64,000 nt of DNA from the NCBI GenBank assembly GCA_964411385.1, contig CAYPKT010000003.1:137302-201301 (forward strand), written 5' to 3'. Shown here piece by piece: positions 50,580-57,391 of the stretch. Within the stretch, counting starts at the first letter, position 1; each line of letters begins with the position of its first letter. The DNA comes from an uncultured Candidatus Brevefilum sp. (GTDB lineage: Bacteria; Chloroflexota; Anaerolineae; Anaerolineales; Anaerolineaceae). Below the pieces are notes generated by a model, which ran no database searches, was not told the origin of the DNA, and saw nothing but the letters and a program-made list of their open reading frames with translations. The position numbers and the translations under genes are program-made.

Positions 50580-50870
50580 TTAAATCGCCTCCAAAGCTCC
50601 GATTTCAACCATATCACCGATGAAAGGCTCTAAATCGGAATGGGCATCATCTAAAGATACCAAAAACTCATCCAGAATCGAGCTGACTAATTCATCAAGA
50701 GTTTTTGGGTTTTCAAGCTGTTCCCACACGAAGGCGCCGATTTCGTTTAAAGAAAAGATATGATCCATCTCAGCTACGTCCTTGTGGACGGGCACGAGGA
50801 TGGTTTCTTCTGCGATTTTTCGATAAATGAAATCGGGATTTCTACGATAATGTATTATCGTTTCGGACAT
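50580..50870 (-). CDS. PqqD-family protein (RiPP recognition element-like)
   Basis: 96 aa. RRNPDFIYRKIAEETILVP...IFSLNEIGAFVWEQLENPKTLDELVSSILDEF matches the PqqD pattern. SD GGAGG lies 5 nt upstream. Confidence 0.8.
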   Translation of the reverse strand: MSETIIHYRRNPDFIYRKIAEETILVPVHKDVAEMDHIFSLNEIGAFVWEQLENPKTLDELVSSILDEFLVSLDDAHSDLEPFIGDMVEIGALEAI

Positions 50871-50879
50871 ATTGACCTC

Positions 50880-51428
50880 CTAAGATAAGTATTTACAAAA
50901 ACCTGGTACACATTTTAAAGGACGGTTGGTTAACCTAAGGTGATTATAACGGTTGAGTTGATGTCTGAGGCTGAAAACCATCCACAGAGAAAGCAACCGC
51001 ATGGATGAACGACTCATGCTGAAGTGTTCGCCAGTGCGCTCAAAAGACGCTAAGCGTCCATAAATAGCCTCAAGTGAAATCCATCCGTCAGCTTGAATAG
51101 AATTGTCAGCTTGCAGGAGAAACCTATGGCCAGATTCGTGTTGGCGTATTCGAATCACCCGATGAAGGACCATGCGGCCATGTTTATCAGCGAAGAAAAC
51201 CACATCACCAACCCGGATTGGGCCACCTGCAAGTGGAGTAATTAACAACATATCTCCCTGCCTAATGATCGGGACCATACTGTCCCCCGTGGCAAGCAGC
51301 CTGACAGCTTTACCGGAACGCAAACCCTCCTGGCATAAGTATGTGAAAACGTCAGGCGAGGGGGAGAACTTCTCTAGTAGAAATGGTTGGTTTGGGTTAC
51401 CTGGTCGAGTAGAAGGCATAACAATCAC
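50880..51428 (-). CDS. S26B (Sec11/SipW-type, Ser-His) signal-peptidase-like protein lacking an N-terminal TM helix
   Basis: ATGDSMVPIIRQGDMLLI, VGDVVFF, MVLHRVI and LLQADNS parallel the SGSMEP / GD / THRI / GDNN boxes of SipW-type enzymes. The start is either the GTG at 51428 or the ATG at 51419. Confidence 0.65.
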   Translation of the reverse strand: MIVMPSTRPGNPNQPFLLEKFSPSPDVFTYLCQEGLRSGKAVRLLATGDSMVPIIRQGDMLLITPLAGGPIRVGDVVFFADKHGRMVLHRVIRIRQHESGHRFLLQADNSIQADGWISLEAIYGRLASFERTGEHFSMSRSSMRLLSLWMVFSLRHQLNRYNHLRLTNRPLKCVPGFCKYLS

Positions 51429-51463
51429 AATACCGTGGAGAATTAATCACTTGAATAGGAAGT

Positions 51464-51496
51464 CTGCTGCGACGATTATAATTTTCATCGCAGCAG
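51464..51496 (-). other. Conserved stem-loop 15 nt after the secreted-protein stop codon (copy A)
   Basis: CTGCTGCGA / TCGCAGCAG, a 9-bp stem with a 15-nt loop. There is no U-tract on either strand. Confidence 0.55.
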
Positions 51497-51511
51497 GTGG
51501 TATCCTGTGAT

Positions 51512-52720
51512 CTAAGGTCGAGCTGCGGAGACCGGGCCAAACAATTCAGGCGTGTAGCTGGTATCGGAGGGAACGTCCTCGATCCAGTAGAAATAGGTCA
51601 GGCCGAGCTCAGCTGTGGTATCGAGGTAAGCGTAGTTGGCGCCGAAGGGGTTACCAGGGTTCGAATCGCCGACAATGATTTTACCGTTGATTTTTTCCTT
51701 AACACCGAACTCCATCTCAGAGCGATAAACGTTGAAGCCCAGGTGGTTGACTTCGGTAGCGGTGACCCAATTAAGTTGAATCCCGCCAGAGACGCCTTCA
51801 GCCTGGAGGTCGAGCATAATCACCGGGGTGATATCTTCGTTAGTGATGGCAGCGTATACACAATAGCAGTTATTTGTTTGCTCGGCAGTATACACCAGGT
51901 TATTTGAAAAGTCGGTCCCAATTGGAACGGTTGAGGGGCATTGCCCTGACGCAGGCTTATCGATAAAACCCAACAGGGAGACGGTGTATTCCCGTTCGAC
52001 TGGGTCGCCAGGCGTAGTGATGTTATCTACACATGTAAAATATTGTGTGTCACCTGGTTTGGTAATATTGACCCTGTCTGCACAGCCATTGCGGTTGGGA
52101 CCAGTATCTCCAGATACGTTTGGATAAGCTGAGCCACCCGGCCAATTGGGAGAGCTTGGGCCATATCTGCAAGGACTTTGGTTGTTCGTCGTCTCATCCA
52201 GGTTAAAGGTATAGACGAAATCCATCGTAGTTGGAGCATCCACCACATATGGTAGGTCACAAGCTAAACCGCTGATTGTAGCGGTGAGATCTACATACTC
52301 AAATGGATTATTGGGTGTAGAAATCGGGTTGTTAAAATGACAAAACGTGCCCACGTTAAAGGGAGTATTCAACGCGGGAGCATCGCCGATCCCTGTGCGT
52401 CCGAGGAAACCAAAACCACTTTTATTGCCAAAGGTATCTGATGAACCATAGCGTACCTGGTTCCAGTCAAAAGTTACGCGATTTTGAGTGTAAAGGTGAT
52501 TATTAGATCCGGAGGTAGAAGTAGTTTTGTAAGTCGGGTTGTCGTAATCATTTGAAGTAGCAGCTGGCCCGGTTGCCCACGTATTTCCGGTGGCTCCTCC
52601 GCCGCTATCAATTAACCCCCACACGCCATCCACACTGTTCATCGTAAAGGCTTGGACGACGCCTGTCAAGGTCAACGCTGCCATTAGCAGGCCAAAAATT
52701 AAAAGTATTTTCTTTTTCAT
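51512..52720 (-). CDS. Secreted Cys-rich protein, FCHFNN (THxN / choice-of-anchor-K-like) N-domain plus FN3-like C-domain, paralog A
   Basis: Signal peptide MKKKILLIFGLLMAALTLTGVVQA|FT. Motifs NQVRYGS...GFGFLG...GDAPALNTPFNVGTFCHFNNPI, and C-terminal LNWVTATEVNHLGFNVYR...YFYWIEDV. The ATG at 52720 has a 6-nt spacer from GGAG; an alternative ATG is at 52726. Confidence 0.75.
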   Translation of the reverse strand: MKKKILLIFGLLMAALTLTGVVQAFTMNSVDGVWGLIDSGGGATGNTWATGPAATSNDYDNPTYKTTSTSGSNNHLYTQNRVTFDWNQVRYGSSDTFGNKSGFGFLGRTGIGDAPALNTPFNVGTFCHFNNPISTPNNPFEYVDLTATISGLACDLPYVVDAPTTMDFVYTFNLDETTNNQSPCRYGPSSPNWPGGSAYPNVSGDTGPNRNGCADRVNITKPGDTQYFTCVDNITTPGDPVEREYTVSLLGFIDKPASGQCPSTVPIGTDFSNNLVYTAEQTNNCYCVYAAITNEDITPVIMLDLQAEGVSGGIQLNWVTATEVNHLGFNVYRSEMEFGVKEKINGKIIVGDSNPGNPFGANYAYLDTTAELGLTYFYWIEDVPSDTSYTPELFGPVSAARP

Positions 52721-53005
52721 CACCATCTCCTTAATTTAATTATCATAAATTGATAAATATTTCCCTTGTTTTAATAATTTACCCATCTTAAAAATTTGCT
52801 CTTTTGAGCTGAACTTATTAAAGTATAACGAAATAAAAAATAATTGTCAATATTTATTTTCTATTTTAAACGGTTTTCCTAATTTAAAAACAAATATCAT
52901 TAAATTACATTAAGAAAGTTTTGAAATAAATTTAAATACATGAATAACACAAATTGATTGCGACCCCTACAGCGGTGGTTTTGCGGTGCTCCTTAAGATA
53001 TCCTG

Positions 53006-53800
53006 TTACCTGATGGGTAATATGACGCAAGGATCGGGCTTTCCCGTTTCAGCTTGTGCACCGCAAAACCCAAAGTATTCATCACGGCTACCGCCAAATT
53101 GATTAGTGTTGATAAACTCCCACATAAAGGTGCCGCTGGTGTATGGTGTGGTCCAATTGCCTTGAGCACTTAATTCATCATAATAAGTTGTCGTAAATTC
53201 GTATTGGACACCACCTATTTTTCCGACCCCGATCAATTGAGAGGCGTTATTTGTAATTTTAACTTCACCTATCTTGAAAGTTCCATCAGGATCCTGAAAC
53301 CACACTGCCCAATCCCCGATCCAGAGTGTTTGTGGCGTGGCAGTTGGTTTAGGTGGGGGTGTGGAGGTTGGCTTCAACCCCGCAGGCTTGCTTTGGGTAG
53401 GGTCAGGTAAACTTGGCTGGGTGGAGGTGGGCACGCTGGTGGATGTTCTGCCAGGGTTGCCAGGCAGAGTTGTTGAACCAGCCTGGGGGGGCAAACCGGT
53501 CAGGTTGGGCGTAAAATTTACGTCTGGATGGGCACTCGTCGGGTTGAAACCGGAGCTTGAGTGATCAGCCCCAGGCGAACTTGCGTCCTCAGTTGGGCGG
53601 ACGGGTGCAAAAGGATCTAGCCCTACAAAGAACGAGGTCGGGGTTGGGCTGGGTTGCACCTCAGAATGGGTGGCGACTGCCCAGTCACCAGTGAAACCCT
53701 GGTTTGTTATCGATTTATTTTCAGCGCGGACATACCAAACGGTGGAGGCGATCAACGTTATGGTTAAGATGCTCAATAAGGTTATTGAATTTCGTCTCAT
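53006..53800 (-). CDS. Membrane-anchored protein with a Pro/Thr/Ser-rich linker and a conserved C-terminal globular domain, paralog A
   Basis: N-terminal TM helix ITLLSILTITLIASTVWYV, a low-complexity PT-rich segment, and C-terminus WIGDWAVWFQDPDGTF...FGFCGAQAETGKPDPCVILP. Paralog of 55832-56626. Confidence 0.7.
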   Translation of the reverse strand: MRRNSITLLSILTITLIASTVWYVRAENKSITNQGFTGDWAVATHSEVQPSPTPTSFFVGLDPFAPVRPTEDASSPGADHSSSGFNPTSAHPDVNFTPNLTGLPPQAGSTTLPGNPGRTSTSVPTSTQPSLPDPTQSKPAGLKPTSTPPPKPTATPQTLWIGDWAVWFQDPDGTFKIGEVKITNNASQLIGVGKIGGVQYEFTTTYYDELSAQGNWTTPYTSGTFMWEFINTNQFGGSRDEYFGFCGAQAETGKPDPCVILPIR

Positions 53801-53830
53801 AATAATTTAATTATAAGCGCTTTAGCTAAA

Positions 53831-53972
53831 AGAGAATAGTGAGTGGTGAATAGGAATTAGGGAATAGGAAGTAGGGATTAGGAAGGAGGAAGTAGGAAAT
53901 AGAGAATAGGAAATAGGAATTGGGAATTAGGGATTAGAGATTAGGAAGGAGGAAGTAGGGATTAGGGATTAG
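53831..53972. repeat. Heptanucleotide tandem array GRAWTAG, about 19 units (array A)
   Basis: Read by eye: tgaatag gaattag ggaatag gaagtag ggattag gaaggag gaagtag gaaatag ... ggattag ggattag. Confidence 0.9.
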
Positions 53973-54046
53973 ATCAGACTGTCATCTTTAGGTCGATTTT
54001 CATCAAAGGGGTAGTACCAGATGATGTAGGCGATCAACCCGAGCAG
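53969..54046 (-). pseudogene. 3'-terminal relic of a VanZ-like gene (duplication junction)
   Basis: 78 nt nearly identical to 56830-56907, the last ~25 codons plus stop of the intact VanZ-like gene. Similarity stops abruptly after GAGCAG. Confidence 0.8.
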
Positions 54047-54061
54047 ATCGCTTAACTCGCG

Positions 54062-54148
54062 TTACCAAAGCTCAAAAACTTCAGGCGAAGGTGCGGGTTT
54101 CATTGCAATAAGGGGCTGAGATGGGTTACTTGGTTGGTTAGAAGGCAT
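54062..54148 (-). pseudogene. 5'-terminal relic of the S26B-like peptidase gene (duplication junction)
   Basis: Encodes MPSNQPSNPSQPLIAMKPAPSPEVFELW*, versus MPSTRPGNPNQPFLLEKFSPSPDVFTYL of the intact gene. The upstream leader is also homologous to 51420-51511. Confidence 0.75.
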
Positions 54149-54193
54149 GATGGTCACGATGCTATGGTGAAATAATCCCATGTTGAGGGCAAC

Positions 54194-54226
54194 CTGCTGC
54201 GATAATCATTACGATCATCGCAGCAG
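54194..54226 (-). other. Conserved stem-loop after the secreted-protein stop codon (copy B)
   Basis: CTGCTGCGAT / ATCGCAGCAG, a 10-bp stem. The loop sequence differs from copy A. Confidence 0.55.
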
Positions 54227-54241
54227 TTGGTATCCTGTGAT

Positions 54242-55540
54242 CTAAGGTCGAGCTACGGAGACCGGGCCAAACAACTCAGGCGTGTAGCTGGTGTCGGAGG
54301 GAACGTCCTCCACCCAGTAGAAATAGGTTACGCCGGGTTCAGCTGTGGTATCGAGGTAAGCATAGTTGGCACCGAAGGGGTTACCGGGGTTTGAATCGCC
54401 AACAACGATTTTATTGTTGATTTTTTCCTTGACACCGAACTCCATCTCAGAGCGGTAAACGTTGAAGCCCAGATGGTTGACTTCGGTGGCGGTGACCCAG
54501 GTAAGTTGAATACCCGTTGAGACGCCCTCAGCAGCGAAGTCGAGCATAACCACCGGGGTGATATCTTCTTTAGTGATAGCAGCGTATGCACAATAGCAGT
54601 TATTGGTTTGTTCGGCGGTATAAACCAAGTTGTTTGAAAAGTCGGTTCCAATTGGAACGGCTGCAGGGCATTCCCCTGACGCAGGCTTATTGATAAAGCC
54701 CATCAGGGAGACGGTGTATTCGCGTGTAATTATATTAAGAGGATCGGCGTTATCCACACATGTAAAATATTGTGTGTCACCCGGTTTGGTAATATTGACC
54801 CTATCTGCACAGCCATTGTAATTTAATTGACCAGGGGCAGGCTGAGGGTTATTATAAGCTTCCTGCCCCGACGTGCAATAACTGCCACCATTAGCAGGCC
54901 AATTCGTGGATGAAGGCCCAAATGGACAGGCATGATAAACAGTGACAAGACTAGTTCTACATTTACAATCTCCTGTGCCCCATTCCCACGGCCAACATAA
55001 ACCTTGATTATTCGACGTCTCGGTCAGATTAAAACGATAATCGAAAGTCATTTCAGCTTGTGATGGGTCTGCCAAGATAAAAGGGTGTTCGCATTCGATA
55101 CCGGTGATTTTAACCTTAAGGTCAACCCAGTCCAAAGGGGCATTAGCACTAATTTCATTGTTGAAATGACAAAACTGGCCCACGTTGAAAGGGATATTCA
55201 ACGCAGGGGCATCGCCGATGTTTTGGTGCCCAAGGAAACCAAAGCCGCTTTTTGAGCCAAAGGTTGATGTTGAACCATAGCGTACCTGGTTCCAGTCATA
55301 TAGGACTTGGTTTTGGGTGGTAATTCGAGCAGCAACACTGTCTGTGGAATGTTGTGGAACATTAAAATCACCTCCAGAGAGAGGCCCACTTGCCCAAATT
55401 TGCCCAGTAGCGCCAGAATCTGTTCCGTTGATTTTATCCCATACACCGTCCACGTTGGCCATAGTAAAAGCCTGGACGACGCCGGTTATGGTTAAGGCGA
55501 GAAAAAATAAACCGAGAATTATAAATACCTTATTCTTCAT
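54242..55540 (-). CDS. Secreted Cys-rich FCHFNN protein, paralog B (carries an extra Cys-rich insertion)
   Basis: Signal peptide MKNKVFIILGLFFLALTITGVVQA|FT and motif FNVGQFCHFNNEI. There is a ~30-aa insertion LCWPWEWGTGDCKCRTSLVTVYHAC. The C-terminal half is close to 90 percent identical to paralog A. An alternative ATG is at 55546. Confidence 0.75.
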   Translation of the reverse strand: MKNKVFIILGLFFLALTITGVVQAFTMANVDGVWDKINGTDSGATGQIWASGPLSGGDFNVPQHSTDSVAARITTQNQVLYDWNQVRYGSTSTFGSKSGFGFLGHQNIGDAPALNIPFNVGQFCHFNNEISANAPLDWVDLKVKITGIECEHPFILADPSQAEMTFDYRFNLTETSNNQGLCWPWEWGTGDCKCRTSLVTVYHACPFGPSSTNWPANGGSYCTSGQEAYNNPQPAPGQLNYNGCADRVNITKPGDTQYFTCVDNADPLNIITREYTVSLMGFINKPASGECPAAVPIGTDFSNNLVYTAEQTNNCYCAYAAITKEDITPVVMLDFAAEGVSTGIQLTWVTATEVNHLGFNVYRSEMEFGVKEKINNKIVVGDSNPGNPFGANYAYLDTTAEPGVTYFYWVEDVPSDTSYTPELFGPVSVARP

Positions 55541-55831
55541 TTCCATCTCCTTAAATTAATCGTTTAAATTGTTCAATAAATATAATTGTTAAATAAGCTC
55601 CCTTTTATTTTGATTTACTAAACTAACCAGCTATTTATTGAGTATAAATGAGAATAATTCTTATGTCAAACATTTTTTGGGCGCAAATCAAAGAAAAATA
55701 TCTGCATTGTTTATCAAGAATATTTCAGGTTAATGCTATAGCGTAAGGGACAAATATCAACTGATGAAAAAAACAAACTATGTATCACTAGGTTAATGGT
55801 TGAACCCTTTGCGAAATTTCTACATATCGTG

Positions 55832-56626
55832 TTATCTTAGCGGTAATATGACGCAAGGGTCAGGCTTTCCAGATTTTTCTCTTGTGCCGCAAAACCCAAA
55901 GTATTCATCGTGGCTTCCGCCAAATTGGTTGGCGTTGATGAACTTCCAACGGAAATAGCCACTGGTAGCGGGTGTAGTCCAATAACCTTCGGCTTTCTCT
56001 TCGTCAAACCCTAAAATATCTAATTCGTATTGAACGCCGCCAATTTTACCAATGCCAATTAATTGAAGTGCATTAAATGTGATCTTTATCTTACCAGCTA
56101 TGAAAGTCTCATCAGGATGTTGGAACCAAACGGTCCACTCTCCTACCCAGGGAGCTTGAGCTATTTTAGTTTGAGTAGGTAGTGGGGTAAGCGTGGAGTA
56201 AGTGCCTGTAGGTTTGTTTTGGGTAGGACCCGGTAAGACCGGCTGGGTGGAGGTGGGCACGCTGGCAGGTGTTTTGCCTGGGTTGCCGGGCTGAGCAGTT
56301 GTGCCAAGTTGGTGGGGCAGGTCAGTCAGGTTGGGCGTAAAATTTACGTCTGGCTGGTCACCTAGCGAGTCAGGAGCGGGGTTTGAAAGATTGTCGCTGG
56401 ACGAACCTGAATCTTGTGTTGGGCGGACGGGTGCAAAGGGGTCTAACCCTGCAAAGAACGAAGTCGGGGTTGGGCTGGGTTCCGCCTGTGAATGGATGGT
56501 GACAGCCCAGTCAACTGTGAAACCCTGTTCGCCCCGTGATTTGTTTTCTGCGTACCCAAACCAAAAAGTGGAGATAATCATTACCGTGGTTAGGATAGTT
56601 AAAAGGATAATGGAGTTGCGTTTCAT
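55832..56626 (-). CDS. Membrane-anchored PT-linker protein, paralog B
   Basis: 264 aa with the same architecture and length as 53006-53800. C-terminus WVGEWTVWFQHPDETF...FGFCGTREKSGKPDPCVILP. Confidence 0.7.
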   Translation of the reverse strand: MKRNSIILLTILTTVMIISTFWFGYAENKSRGEQGFTVDWAVTIHSQAEPSPTPTSFFAGLDPFAPVRPTQDSGSSSDNLSNPAPDSLGDQPDVNFTPNLTDLPHQLGTTAQPGNPGKTPASVPTSTQPVLPGPTQNKPTGTYSTLTPLPTQTKIAQAPWVGEWTVWFQHPDETFIAGKIKITFNALQLIGIGKIGGVQYELDILGFDEEKAEGYWTTPATSGYFRWKFINANQFGGSHDEYFGFCGTREKSGKPDPCVILPLR

Positions 56627-56656
56627 AATAATATAATTACCGATGTTTTAGTGACA

Positions 56657-56833
56657 AGAGAATAGTGAGTGGTGAATGAGAAGTAGGAAATAGGAAGTAG
56701 GAAGTAGGAAATAGGGATTAGGGAATAGGAAATAGGGACTAGGAATTAGGAAGTAGGAAATGGGGATTAGGAAATAGGGATTAGGAAATAGGAAATAGGG
56801 ATTAGGAAGGAGGAAGTAGGAATTAGGGATTAG
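56657..56833. repeat. Heptanucleotide tandem array GRAWTAG, about 24-25 units (array B)
   Basis: gaagtag gaaatag gaagtag gaagtag gaaatag ggattag ggaatag ... gaattag ggattag. The last unit contains the VanZ stop codon. Confidence 0.9.
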
Positions 56834-57264
56834 ATCAGACTGTCATCTTTATGTCGATTTTCATCAAAGGGGTGGTACCAGATGATGTAGGTGATCAACC
56901 CGAGCAGGGCACCCCAGCCCGCCATCAATATGTCGCGGGTGTTGAACCCCCGATCGGGGATCAGGTTCTGGTAAAGCCCATTAACCAAGGCGAAAAGGAC
57001 TGCAAGAACAAAGGCTGCCAGCAGACTCATGGCATTGGATGGTTTGGTCCAGATGGTGGCACGCGCTATGAAAAAGGTAAAACCCATGTAAAGGATCACC
57101 TGGGTAAACATCAGGATAAACTGATCTAATTGGATGTTTAGAAAGCGGATGTTTTCCGCGGTTTCTTTCAGCCCAAACAGGGGGTTAGGATTGCTGGACG
57201 CCAGGAAGATCAACAGCGCCCAGATGATAAGGGGATGCCAGCGTTTACGTAAAAAATGGTTCAT
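56830..57264 (-). CDS. VanZ-like membrane protein
   Basis: 144 aa, 4 TM helices, and C-terminal DRGFNTRDILMAGWGALLG, which is typical of the VanZ-like family. Confidence 0.7.
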   Translation of the reverse strand: MNHFLRKRWHPLIIWALLIFLASSNPNPLFGLKETAENIRFLNIQLDQFILMFTQVILYMGFTFFIARATIWTKPSNAMSLLAAFVLAVLFALVNGLYQNLIPDRGFNTRDILMAGWGALLGLITYIIWYHPFDENRHKDDSLI

Positions 57265-57335
57265 GGTATTAGGGGATTGGGAATTAGGAAATATGAATTA
57301 GGAAATAGGGATTAGGAATTAGGTAATTGGAAAAA
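57265..57335. repeat. Heptanucleotide array of the same family, about 9-10 units (array C)
   Basis: ggtatta ggggatt gggaatt aggaaat atgaatt aggaaat agggatt aggaatt aggtaat. It abuts the VanZ start codon. Confidence 0.8.
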
Positions 57336-57391
57336 TTATGGTTTTGTTGATTAATTTTGATAAAGAAAGTAGTTAAGGTTGCGTTCATAAG

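Larger units (their letters stand above)
51346..54046 (-). repeat. Tandem segmental duplication, copy A
   Basis: Homologous end to end with 54075-56907: peptidase 5' end, stem-loop, secreted gene, partner gene, heptamer array, and VanZ 3' end. Confidence 0.85.
54075..56907 (-). repeat. Tandem segmental duplication, copy B
   Basis: See copy A. The offset is 2730 nt at the secreted-gene stop codons and 2826 nt at the partner genes. Confidence 0.85.

Noticed and set aside
51497-51907. Plus-strand ORFs antisense to the surface-protein genes (51497-51907, 53204-53564, 55307-55559, 56301-56636), and similar shadow ORFs throughout the track (for example 1265-1693, 10691-10987, 42534-42821)
   Set aside because: They lie entirely inside longer opposite-strand genes with clear family signatures. 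They have low-complexity or biased composition, no SD, and no recognisable motifs.
53831-53972. Heptamer arrays as CRISPR arrays
   Set aside because: The period is 7 bp with no spacers, no palindromic 24-48-bp repeats, and no cas genes in the window.
56657-56833. Telomere-like reading of GGGATTA/TTAGGGA units and G-quadruplex formation
   Set aside because: The resemblance to eukaryotic TTAGGG/TTTAGGG repeats is only partial, since most units are GAAATAG/GAAGTAG with GG rather than GGG. The locus is internal to a chromosome. Runs of four closely spaced GGG tracts are rare, so G4 formation is doubtful. I kept it only as a remote possibility.
56657-56833. AAGGAGG motifs within the arrays as ribosome-binding sites for plus-strand genes
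   Set aside because: No plausible plus-strand ORF follows any of them. The only plus-strand ORFs nearby are shadows of minus-strand genes.
51346-56907. Mobile-element or phage origin for the duplicated module
   Set aside because: No transposase, integrase, terminal inverted repeats or att-like direct repeats are present. The junction is explained by fusion of relics from the two flanking genes.
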